This document shows positions 41,401-49,340 of a DNA stretch of 64,000 bases, piece by piece. Every line of letters begins with the position of its first letter. The first letter of the stretch is position 1. The notes beneath the pieces were generated by a model. That model did not search any database. It had not been told where the DNA came from and saw only the letters and a list, made by a program, of their open reading frames with translations. The position numbers and the translations under genes are program-made. Source of the DNA: Andalucia godoyi And28 (lineage: Eukaryota; Protista; Jakobida); the NCBI GenBank assembly GCA_009859145.1, contig VRVR01000033.1, positions 235,966 through 299,965 of the forward strand, written 5' to 3'.

Positions 41401-43807
41401 GGCTGTTCTGTTGCGGCCATTGCCTGTCCGTGGATCCGAGGATGTCTTTGATTTCTTCGCTGGCGAACCGGTTTCGGCGGCACTAGTTGACCAGTTTGAC
41501 ACGGATGGTTTGGAGTACTTGCCTCCCATGGAGTCGCCTGCATTCTGGAATTCTGTCTTCCTTCCCACGTTTTCATCTACTGTGGATATGGTTTGCTGGA
41601 TGAGTAATCAGTATCCTTTACGAAGAAGCGCTCTTCGACTGCTGTTTTTGCTGCTCTCCATGGAGGAGGGCAGGGTGGTTTTCAAGGGTCTTCCGCTTTC
41701 GACGAAGAGCCTTGTTCGGGTGATCCGTGAGTTCAATGCGCTTGTTCAGGTGGCTACCAGTAAGCGCCCGTCTGCGAGTGTTCCGTACCTGTCATTTGCC
41801 AATGTGCTCAGTAGTTTTCAGGAGTTGTCCGCCGGCTCTCCGATTGCAGAGTCCTTGACGGACGCATTCGATCATCCTGTAGTTACTGCAATTGATGCGA
41901 TACGCGTTCTGGTCCAAGCGTGCACGTTGGAGTCTATCATTTCAAGTTTTTCGCAGCAACTGTCACCATCTGATTGGCAGTCGCTCGTGGGGGCTCTTAC
42001 TGTATCCCGGGTGCACAACGAGCATGCACTGACACGTTCTGTGTTGCGACTCATGCACATGCTGACGGCGGAGGACAAGAACGAATCGGAGCTGTTTACG
42101 GACGGGTCTTCGCTTTGGGATGTGCTGGTTGAGATATCTGGATTTGACAGCAGCAGCGCAGCCAGTGCGCCGTCTCGCTCTGCGACGTCGTCTGAGAACC
42201 ACGAGATCTTTGATTCGCGCAATTACACGTCAGCAGTGGACGACGTCGAGTTGCAGCGTCTCGGAATGGGCATCTTATGCAACGTTTCTGTCAAGGATGA
42301 GCACAAGGCGATGCTTGGCTTGGATCATTCGGGCATCAAAATGATTTTGTCTGTCATCCAGTCGAACGGCGATAAAAAGGTTGTCCGAGACGGTTTACGT
42401 GTGCTGCGCAATCTGTCGTATGACAGCGAGTGCCGCAAGGAGATTAACAGTCGTGGTGTGCCGCTGCATGTTTGCCGATTGTTGTGCGGCATCATTCTTC
42501 CAGTCCTCCAGTCGTCGTCTCCTGGGTCTTCCGTTTTCACTTCTCGAGACTCGGATGATTCTCTTTCCGTGCGGTTTGCCGTCCGAATACTCTGCATTCT
42601 GTCCATGGACCAGGACAACCGTGTTTTGATTGTCGACGATCGGGACTGTCTGGCGTGTGTTATTGCCGTCCTTGGCAGATCTGCAGATTTCGAAGCTCGG
42701 CGAGCATCGGCCGGCGCGCTGATTAATCTGTCCGTTCACAAGAATCACAAGCCGAAGGTGAGGGCAGCAGGAGCGGTCCCTGTACTTGTTCAGAGCTTGG
42801 AGCCAAATATTGCCGGGGAGTTTGCTTCGTTTGACGCTGAGTCTGCCAAGTACTCGCTTAGGGCGCTGTACAATTTGAGCATTCGAGATGACGTGAAGGC
42901 TGATCTCGTGACTCTTGGTGCATCTGTTCTTCTTCTCGATTGCATGCGAACGTCTCTTCGAAAGCGCCCATCCGAAGTCTCCCCATGGGATGCAGACTCT
43001 AGATTCTTCGCGGTGTCGATTCTCCTTCATTTGTCTCAGATTGCCGGAGGCCGTCAAGACATTCGAAAGCGCGGCGGAATCCACGATCTAGTGGATGGCG
43101 CAAACAAGGAAACGGATCGCCGAGTGAAGGCAACCATCTGGCAATGTTTGTTGAACCTTGCGAGCATGTCCTCCACGGAAGAGGTTTCACTGTCAGACGA
43201 GGGATCCTTGGGACACGTTCGGTCGTCCTCGTCGTTCAGTTCTCTCAATTCGCTGTCTTCTCTGCTCAATCTGAATGTCCGGCCGTCTCCGGATCTTGCG
43301 CAATGCCATGCACAAATTCGGTCGGCGGGAGGGCTGTTGCTCATTCGGTTTACTCTGGCGCACTTTTTGTTCAACATTTCTGTCGCTGTCGGATGCCCTG
43401 CGAACCAAGCACGATCGTCTATCTTGCACAGCGTTCCTTCTCTCGGGGGTACAACATATGATGTTCTGATCCAAGACAAGGAGTCATGGGAGGTGTTTTT
43501 CATGGCGACAAGACTGCTCAAACTGTTAGCGTACGACGCACGATTTGAGTTGCGCGATCTGGGCTGCCTTCCGCTTATTGTCGAGTTGTTCCGTATTCCT
43601 CAGGGTGCCGTGACGGATGCTTGCAGCAATACCTCACAGTCCCTCGTGCCGCTGCCTGCGGAACTACCCGTGAAGCGGTTGATGGACAGGATTGTGGACG
43701 AGCTGGAGCAAGATCCCAGCACACGAGCGGAATTGCAGCGCCTGCAGTCTGTTCCTCGCGTGGTGTCCATGACCGATCCCAAGGCTCCGAAGGGTAAGAA
43801 GGTCTAG
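35483..43807 (+). CDS. Giant (2774 aa) armadillo-repeat / coiled-coil / armadillo-repeat protein
   Basis: Single ORF; ARM motifs (AALRTICNLSINDQNKVEIRLLGGLPKLV; AAAGALINLSVNGKNKEEIRACHGVPLLI; ASAGALINLSVHKNHKPKVRAAGAVPVLV) flank a long heptad region. Confidence 0.85.
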   Translation: MSGRPASAVSSRSDAPIVPSADVSFGEPSRSMFALGSVFLDETSHINFVPGEPLKPHITKLVNCIYDGDLASQRDSLFLIGKAISQPSAAENADVVNVLKSMGICEPVLQCLESDASSDLRRASLRLLCNLSSADDSVSVEIRQLGGLSRVLDCLVPDPELESLETVRAALRTICNLSINDQNKVEIRLLGGLPKLVSALELEDSRTKLDALRAVCNLSIDPSNRVALGILGVCPFVINALQEHIDDEECTRYSLAALINLSSDSVNASQFIPAVPVLADILLNPRSNGILLFATRALCTLAYALPLDASVVDASGHVMDSCALFEPCYVPLLGLSKPRESTADDIACYALTTVTALVRNPAIAHRLWNAFGLPDIILSQLGSKNTEIRRYAISLTTAVSCLYSEFLSDLDCRDSKMLAVMAKNVLSRDSKTKRAVLQCLRAFAVSVDKVRVCRVLNDLGAFRVLVDIAGSEARLPVSEETHDGFVPSLQDTWSYLIPVASLQLLAIAYDSESVSASSLPPAILSLVEQPDQIAAIVARETERVNDFVLQKRGQLEDMRKSVRQSAPLGVATPGQSKKATYAELEAENYRLRTQLSECSAAGTTRVDDLDMTPQELREYVSELELRNRALIRQAESWAAFKSELESARSRSLTDHPDSRNSEISMLQSQIKQLETDLEDSASKEHYANQRVDVLERELAQVVASHASSNTVDGSRHLSSESSSQTAALSASSNGYPSTEVLKLEAENADLARRIVEYDERVLLLESEIERHRSVVSNEIVPGEAPRSDVTDTPASAASSHMLVSSQSSQDAEAEIRRLRLELDRVRSMRSAESVAAHEKISTLERELSLAFAQPGPAAVAPASEPLKPNVSHSSAQTPSTQAHERTLVRDHSETLVDAHARIQSLETELQSQSLFYDSQRLKMENTITTLQAELQLAQAPEQAVSSEPPLAAVVPLPQSGHSFEDTVRSLEKELSLQMEAFLAEKRAWKEEEKGFESQIEELQGRLFALESRWRGEFLQEHEKVGEFGSTVLGLREELKAAGDKISSLEFEISRLTAHFSELLASKDAEIAAISKETSAVAAAAAVAPVVQRVVAQQADQRKSVDLREAERKIEELRSELEAYQHADDATRRSLLISMKGKEDFVSAIAPIVEDIRSFLCMHEEEPVQFVLVSARSSLASQREMIGDLKRELESVVLQRNAIEEKVLLLERELKNQIRFTDDNSNSLKARIEDLEQQYKAATADARSVVLREMQSQLDDLESDRHSLELRKEEIVGDLKRSNAERERLAQLLNSERDLRQAAEERVQLLDREWGLQRETYEKQLRAQHSKQTNHVEGRMHHAQPAQPALTVQHAQVQTEMDDSAIRESAYVDRIKMLQDELDKQSSHFSRSHHDHVRELQAQIASLQASVPAVPTPESETVVKEDGSSPSSSASSREELVDARRLTEKLKLDVSVFLASSVDDLAVRKNVRSLMEGVSKDPSITGVCRSCGVPRILFDLLSLKDGRLSAESRRFLCQLMSSLMAKEANRDATLASVMDIVSVAPSLTTPTSCVLASVSASSLFLHVLHVLLDLISSADLSLVSHGLSVFRMLVSHEDSAKRLLELPVEREKCFRRLVDLVSNPLDDITRRNAVRSIKSLASSAWSSEQKTLLRNGDLIAALLQCIRTTNAKSEMAEDLVRQSMRALMIMCVIPEVRVEIRMQNGISPIVALLDARTSSPETRKAAAGALINLSVNGKNKEEIRACHGVPLLIKLTQRIGLSSVQILDKEEKLDAEGRSTFSFGLEGPEDHAEEDQETRRFSIRTISNLVLNDAACEEAVDRGLIPALARNIALGDGISTRFALRSLVHIASSDRVAGRLVEVFSSSRPLLRFVVATVGHKDLEVATECVRLLHRLMLRENMSKFGRLLSMTCVHMGVPSRFCKLLSFPFGSPERCAIRCVIPDMLELCLEMAVLSEESRAQFVKHGLIKFLVEAVLLRPLPVRGSEDVFDFFAGEPVSAALVDQFDTDGLEYLPPMESPAFWNSVFLPTFSSTVDMVCWMSNQYPLRRSALRLLFLLLSMEEGRVVFKGLPLSTKSLVRVIREFNALVQVATSKRPSASVPYLSFANVLSSFQELSAGSPIAESLTDAFDHPVVTAIDAIRVLVQACTLESIISSFSQQLSPSDWQSLVGALTVSRVHNEHALTRSVLRLMHMLTAEDKNESELFTDGSSLWDVLVEISGFDSSSAASAPSRSATSSENHEIFDSRNYTSAVDDVELQRLGMGILCNVSVKDEHKAMLGLDHSGIKMILSVIQSNGDKKVVRDGLRVLRNLSYDSECRKEINSRGVPLHVCRLLCGIILPVLQSSSPGSSVFTSRDSDDSLSVRFAVRILCILSMDQDNRVLIVDDRDCLACVIAVLGRSADFEARRASAGALINLSVHKNHKPKVRAAGAVPVLVQSLEPNIAGEFASFDAESAKYSLRALYNLSIRDDVKADLVTLGASVLLLDCMRTSLRKRPSEVSPWDADSRFFAVSILLHLSQIAGGRQDIRKRGGIHDLVDGANKETDRRVKATIWQCLLNLASMSSTEEVSLSDEGSLGHVRSSSSFSSLNSLSSLLNLNVRPSPDLAQCHAQIRSAGGLLLIRFTLAHFLFNISVAVGCPANQARSSILHSVPSLGGTTYDVLIQDKESWEVFFMATRLLKLLAYDARFELRDLGCLPLIVELFRIPQGAVTDACSNTSQSLVPLPAELPVKRLMDRIVDELEQDPSTRAELQRLQSVPRVVSMTDPKAPKGKKV

Positions 43808-43890
43808 TTCTTGCTATATTCTTCTTCTTCTTCATGCTCCTTTCCTTCTTTATTTCCTTCTTTCCTTGTTTGTTTCAGTGTACCGTTGAA

Positions 43891-44480
43891 TAATAACACG
43901 TCATTGTCATGCATACGGAAGTACACATAAACAGACACGGTCAATATCGGCCGACACTAGCACGTTTGTTTCACAGGGAATTCGTGCTTACGCGTAGTCA
44001 TCTATTCTATCATTCGTTCAGCGCACTGCCAAGAGGCGAACTTCCAAGACACGATCTCCAATCCCCAGCACGCAGGGTAGCCAACCCCAAGCAGAAGCCT
44101 CAGGGACCGTCTCTTGCAGAACTCTTGGTTTTCTGCTACGATGCACCAGGCGCAGTCGCAGTCGCAGTCGCAAAACCCCACCGTCTTCCTACTGCCTCTT
44201 CCTCTCGTATCTCCAGGTGCATCAATCGCTGCAACTGAGGACACGAAAGTGCCTGCTGCAAGGGCCGTCAGAATCCAAATGCACCCTTCTCAGGAACAAC
44301 GTGTCACGCTGAGAAAGTGGCTCACCGATTGATCGAGATTGGGAACGGAGCGCGGAACATCTATCTGAAGAACGCCGAGAGTCGTGTTGGGGGGCCTATC
44401 CCCTTCGCGGCAACGGGATGCAAGACTGAATATGCATGTCTATTCGTATACATATGCATGTTCAGTGTATGATGCAGGCG
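43891..44480 (+). mobile_element. Repeat family B copy 2: internally deleted Fanzor2 (IS607/TnpB-like) element with predicted omegaRNA right end
   Basis: 44114-44332 encodes QNSWFSAT...ARAVRIQMHPSQEQRVTLRKWL; 44328-44373 encodes IDRDW(+1 nt)NGARNIYLKN; terminal stem-loop 44419-44476; ends ...GATGCAGGCG. Confidence 0.82.
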
Positions 44481-44622
44481 TAAAAAATGTTGTATGCCAT
44501 ATGTCCAGCGCCGATGCGTGCGGATACAAGACATCTTTCCCATTTTTTATCTGTGTTTTTTATTTTTTAATTTTTTATTATCATAAAAAAATCTTTAATT
44601 ATTATTCATCATGCACGGAGCT

Positions 44623-45063
44623 CTAGTATCTTTTCGGGGGTTTGCCCACTTCTGGTCGCGCAGTGTACGGGATGAAGGCAAGGAAGCGTGCTCTCTTGAT
44701 TGCCGTGGCTAGTTCTCTCTGCTTTTTGGAGACCACGCCCGACAATCTCTTCGGCATCAATTTTCCCGTTTCCGACACGAATTTCGACAGGAGCTTCACG
44801 TTCTTAAAGTCGATTTCTGGAGCGCCTTGTGCAGACAGTGGGCAAGAAAGATCTCGTTTCGGTTGGATGAACCGTTTCTTCGAGGTCTCTGGGTTAAGCT
44901 CATCAGGCTCATAAAACTGACCAGGATAAAATGGTCGAATTGCATTCAGTCGCTCTGGCTGCTCCGGTGTAAATCCCGTCGATGGGGTCCCAGAGGCAAA
45001 GCAGCGCAAGCCAGCAAATCCAACGGACCGGGTCGCAGAGCGGAGCACACCAGTCAATAGCAT
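44623..45063 (-). CDS. MRPS18: Mitochondrial ribosomal protein S18 (bS18m), nucleus-encoded
   Basis: Presequence; [50 protein letters not shown]. Confidence 0.92.
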   Translation of the reverse strand: MLLTGVLRSATRSVGFAGLRCFASGTPSTGFTPEQPERLNAIRPFYPGQFYEPDELNPETSKKRFIQPKRDLSCPLSAQGAPEIDFKNVKLLSKFVSETGKLMPKRLSGVVSKKQRELATAIKRARFLAFIPYTARPEVGKPPKRY

Positions 45064-45512
45064 GATGCGCAAACCAGTCCTTTACTCTATTACAGAGACA
45101 AGACAAGACGAAACAAAACAAAACAAAAACTGGATAGCCGAAGAAAAATAATAATCGTGAAAACGGGTGAGAACGATTTTAAAAGGAATGAAAGAGAAAC
45201 AAGAAGAGGGCGTTTCGTCGCCCTTTTCTGATCGTCTTGTGTCCAGTCTCAACTCTCAACCCAAAGAGCAGGATTTGTTTTTGGTTTTTTTTTTACGACC
45301 GGTTGAACTACAGAAGCTCGAGGAACTCGTCTTTCTTTCGAGACCAGACGAACACCTGTGATTTCCTGGAAATTTCCCATGTTGTGATTTCGTTCATTTT
45401 CATTCTTCTTTCTACTCCATAGAATAACTCTAATTGTTACGTAGGCATTGCTCCTGTTTGTCGATGCGTCTCTTTTATTTTATTTAAACTTTTTAATTCT
45501 ATTGGCAGCAGC

Positions 45513-46271
45513 ATGGCGGATGTTCTCGCGGATATATTTGGAACAGAGAAAGACAAGGTAAACTGTACGTTCTACTACAAGATTGGAGCCTGTCGACATG
45601 GCGAATCGTGTGCCCGCGTGCACTTGAAACCCTCCTTTTCGGAAACCATATTGTTTCCACACCTGTATCCGGATCCGATCGCGTTTGATGCCAACCAGGA
45701 TGCGTCGAAGTTCAGTCCGTCGTTTGTCCGTGAGCACTATGAGCTGTTCTTTGAGGATATTTGGAGAGAGTGCATGAAGTACGGGGAAATAGACGAACTT
45801 CATGTATGCGAAAATCTGGCAGAGCATTTAAGAGGAAACGTGTATGTACGCTACTATGACGAGGATGCTGCGGCTGCTGCATTGAAAAGCATGAATGGGA
45901 GACTCTACTCGGGGTACGCTCTCCGGGGCGAGTTTTCTCCGGTGAATGATTTTCGGGAAGCACGGTGTCGCCAGCAAGGAAGTGGAAAGTGCGATCGAGG
46001 CGGATTCTGCAACTTTCTGCATGTCAAGGAGATTGATCGAGAGCTTGTGCGCTATCTGCGGGGGGAGCAGGAGAGGTTGCATGGACGCGATCGCAGTCGC
46101 AGTCGCAGCGATGGCGGCGGCAGCACCAGCGCCCGGCGTTCGCGCAGTCATCGTGACAGCCACGATGTAAGAGAAGATCGAGATGACCGTGATTCTCGTG
46201 ATGGTCGGAGCTACCGAGATAGCCAAGATCGCCCGTACAGCCCAAAGAGAAGGTTCGAGCAACGACGCTAG
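45513..46271 (+). CDS. U2AF1: Splicing factor U2AF small subunit (U2AF35)
   Basis: IFGTEKDKVNCTFYYKIGACRHGESCARVH, UHM domain, second CCCH finger, RS-like tail. Confidence 0.96.
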   Translation: MADVLADIFGTEKDKVNCTFYYKIGACRHGESCARVHLKPSFSETILFPHLYPDPIAFDANQDASKFSPSFVREHYELFFEDIWRECMKYGEIDELHVCENLAEHLRGNVYVRYYDEDAAAAALKSMNGRLYSGYALRGEFSPVNDFREARCRQQGSGKCDRGGFCNFLHVKEIDRELVRYLRGEQERLHGRDRSRSRSDGGGSTSARRSRSHRDSHDVREDRDDRDSRDGRSYRDSQDRPYSPKRRFEQRR

Positions 46272-46347
46272 AACATACCTGCACGCACACGCCCATATAA
46301 AAGTATACAGGAAATGAAACGTGAGAGGAAGGAATTGCCATATTCGT

Positions 46348-48744
46348 TTACTTCTTGGAATAGCGTTTTTGGATCTTGCGACCCTTTTCACGACGCACAT
46401 CATTGGCCTGTTTTCGCTTCTTCTCGACATCTGCCTGCTTCTTCTCTTCCTTGCGCTGCTTGCGTATCTGGTCCGCGCTCTTCAGTTCCGATTTGAATCC
46501 CTTGGATTTGGACGAAGACGCAGCAGCGGCGTCAGATGGAGACGGATGCCAGATTCCCTTCCGTCGCGGACCCATTCTCTTGATCATTTGGCGCGCATTG
46601 TCGACATCCTGCCCTTCCTTCTCACCAACCTGAGGAATTCGCATATGGTGCTTCTCTCTCCAGTCATTGTATGTGTTTTTCGGTTTCTTGTCATGCTCCT
46701 TCCGTCGTTTCCCTAAGGGGTCCACCACGGACTCTGCGCTGCCAAATACCTTCACGTAATTCTTCTTCTTTGCGTCCCAGACAAAGGTAGCCTTCTTCTT
46801 GACCAACGAGTCCTGGTCCTCTCCCTCCATGTCCATCACCATGTCTTCAAGACGGTAATTCGTTGTGCGATCCTTAATCGCCAGTGCCTGCTCATCCGCG
46901 ACGTGTTGTTGAGTGTACGGAATAAAGAACTTCTCATCACGCCAACTCTCTGACGCTTTCTTTGTTTTTTTCGCTGGCCGAAGGTCATCAGAGGCCGCGG
47001 CAGGCCTCTTCCGGGGTAACGCAGCATCATTTTTGTCCGCTCCTCCACGTTCCTCTTCTTCTTCCTGCTCTTCGTTTTCGAACTCGTCATCTTCTGCATC
47101 TCCGTCGTCGTCGGCATCGTGGTCCTCCAGCATTTCTGCGCCATGTTCATCAGCAGAAGGATCATAAAACTCGACCTTGATTTGCACGGTGTCCGTGACC
47201 TTGGACTGATCGGATTTCCTCTTCGCCTGCATCATTGCCGCCTCTTTGCTCAGCGGATCCTGTTCGAACGTCGTTGTTTTCGGACGGAACGTCTTGATCT
47301 TTTGCATCATGTCCAGAGAGTCCAAGACGATCTTGCCGCTGTCCGCAGACAGTTTGGAAACAATGTTTGGATGGATCGCATCGGTCTTCATAGATTTTGA
47401 AACGAAGACGCCCTTTTTCGACGGAGCAGAGCGAGTTTTGAAGTACATCTTGTACGCGTTGTCCATCGAGCGCTTCAGAACTGCCCATCCGTCTGATCGA
47501 GTGCAGAGCGTTCGTACCGAATCATCCAAGTCGTCCACAATATACTGGGGAATTCGTCCGTAGACAGAGTTCTCCTTTCGCGGCCTTGCGACGTCTTCCA
47601 AACGGCAGCTGAGAGAACGATGTAGGAACATGTGCAAATCCAAAACATATGGCATCTCATCCGCCGAGAACAGTGAATACGCAGTTCCCGAGCGTCCAGC
47701 TCGAGCCGCTCGTCCCGCTCGATGAATGAAAAGCTTGGGCCGAGAGGGAAAGTCAAAATTAATTACGTTGTTGAGCAGCGGGATGTCGATGCCACGAGCA
47801 GCTACGTCCGTGACCACAAGAACCTTTGCCTCTCCTGAACGGAAGCGGTTGACATGATAAACGCGGCTCGTCTGCTCCATGGTTCCGTACACCATGGAAA
47901 CCGCGAGACCGAAGTGCTTCAATGTTTCCGACACAAACTCGACATGATGGCGCGTGGCAACAAACACAATCGTCATGTCATTCTCGGGAATGACGTTTCG
48001 CAGCAAAAAGATCAGCGCTCCCAGCTTGCTTTCCGAATTCACGACGAAAAACTCAAGAGCCAGGTCATCGGAAATCTTTGTTTCCGTGTCCAATCGAACG
48101 ATAGCAGGTCTCTTCAATCCCGCCTTTGTGAAGTCCATGAGCATGGACGGCATCGTCGCGGAAAACAAGAGCGTTTGCCGCTGTTCAGCAGGAATCCTGG
48201 ACATGATGCTTGAGATCTGCGCTGCAAACCCCATTTCAAAAAGTCTATCTGCTTCATCAAACACCACCATTTGCACGAGCTTGAGCGACATATCTGTCTC
48301 ATCAAGATGATGCATTAATCGACCTGGAGTGGCGATCAGAACATCCGGATTGGAAGCGAGAGCCAAATACTGTTCTTCCATGGAGTCTCCTCCTACAATG
48401 CATGAAAAGCGCAAGTCTGTGTGTTTTGCGATCGCTTTGGCAAAAACCAGTGTTTGAACAGCAAGCTCTCGAGTGGGAGACAAAATCACTGCACGCACTC
48501 CCACGATATCCGAGTGTTTCTCGAGCTTATTCAGCACAGGAATGAGAAACGCAGCGGTTTTACCCGATCCCGTTCGTGCCATTGCCACCAGATCACGGCC
48601 AGAAAGCGCAATCGGAATCGTCTTCCTCTGAATGGGAGTCGGAACCTTGTAGCCTTTGTGTAAAACACCCTTCAAAATAGGCTGATGCAGGGCCATTCCC
48701 TGGAACGACCCCGCTTTCTTTGTCGCTTCTCCATGCTCTGTCAT
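46348..48744 (-). CDS. DDX54: DEAD-box RNA helicase DDX54/Dbp10
   Basis: GYKVPTPIQRKTIP, MARTGSGKTAAFLIP, DEADRLFEMGF, HRAGRAARAG, C-terminal WDAKKKNYV Dbp10C motif; first ATG at 48744. Confidence 0.95.
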   Translation of the reverse strand: MTEHGEATKKAGSFQGMALHQPILKGVLHKGYKVPTPIQRKTIPIALSGRDLVAMARTGSGKTAAFLIPVLNKLEKHSDIVGVRAVILSPTRELAVQTLVFAKAIAKHTDLRFSCIVGGDSMEEQYLALASNPDVLIATPGRLMHHLDETDMSLKLVQMVVFDEADRLFEMGFAAQISSIMSRIPAEQRQTLLFSATMPSMLMDFTKAGLKRPAIVRLDTETKISDDLALEFFVVNSESKLGALIFLLRNVIPENDMTIVFVATRHHVEFVSETLKHFGLAVSMVYGTMEQTSRVYHVNRFRSGEAKVLVVTDVAARGIDIPLLNNVINFDFPSRPKLFIHRAGRAARAGRSGTAYSLFSADEMPYVLDLHMFLHRSLSCRLEDVARPRKENSVYGRIPQYIVDDLDDSVRTLCTRSDGWAVLKRSMDNAYKMYFKTRSAPSKKGVFVSKSMKTDAIHPNIVSKLSADSGKIVLDSLDMMQKIKTFRPKTTTFEQDPLSKEAAMMQAKRKSDQSKVTDTVQIKVEFYDPSADEHGAEMLEDHDADDDGDAEDDEFENEEQEEEEERGGADKNDAALPRKRPAAASDDLRPAKKTKKASESWRDEKFFIPYTQQHVADEQALAIKDRTTNYRLEDMVMDMEGEDQDSLVKKKATFVWDAKKKNYVKVFGSAESVVDPLGKRRKEHDKKPKNTYNDWREKHHMRIPQVGEKEGQDVDNARQMIKRMGPRRKGIWHPSPSDAAAASSSKSKGFKSELKSADQIRKQRKEEKKQADVEKKRKQANDVRREKGRKIQKRYSKK

Positions 48745-49262
48745 GTCCACTTAAAGAACCTGAAACAGAAAAAGAAAAAAGAAAAAGAAGGAACCCCAAT
48801 GAAATATACGTATCCACTCTATGCAGCGTCCGTGTAAAAGCTCAAAAAAAAACAACAACAAAAAATCACAAACAAACAGAAAATCAAAAATAATCAATGA
48901 TTCTGTTTTGTTGTTACTGTTTTGTTGTTGCTTTTGTTGTTGTTGTTGCTGTTGTTGTTGTTGTTGTTGTTGGGTTGTTTTGGCACGAACTCCTTTGTCG
49001 TCGGAGAAATCATAAAGGCGAAACTCTGCTTCTTATCAGACAAAGAAAGAGAAGGCAAGTTCTTTTTGACGACTGTAAAATTGAAATCGTCAAAACATGC
49101 TTCTGAGTCCTTGACTCAATTCGTTCGAAAAGTGGCCGTTGCTGTCTCTTCGATGATTTCGAAACCACCCTTTTTTCCGTTTCTCTTTCTCGTCTGCTGT
49201 TTTCTTCTTCTTTTCTTTCTGTTGAGAGTGACTGAGTGACTGAGTGACTGCTGGGATTTGTG

Positions 49263-49303
<41 letters not shown>

Positions 49304-49340
49304 TAATTTTTTCTGCATTTTCACCTGAGATCTATTTTCG

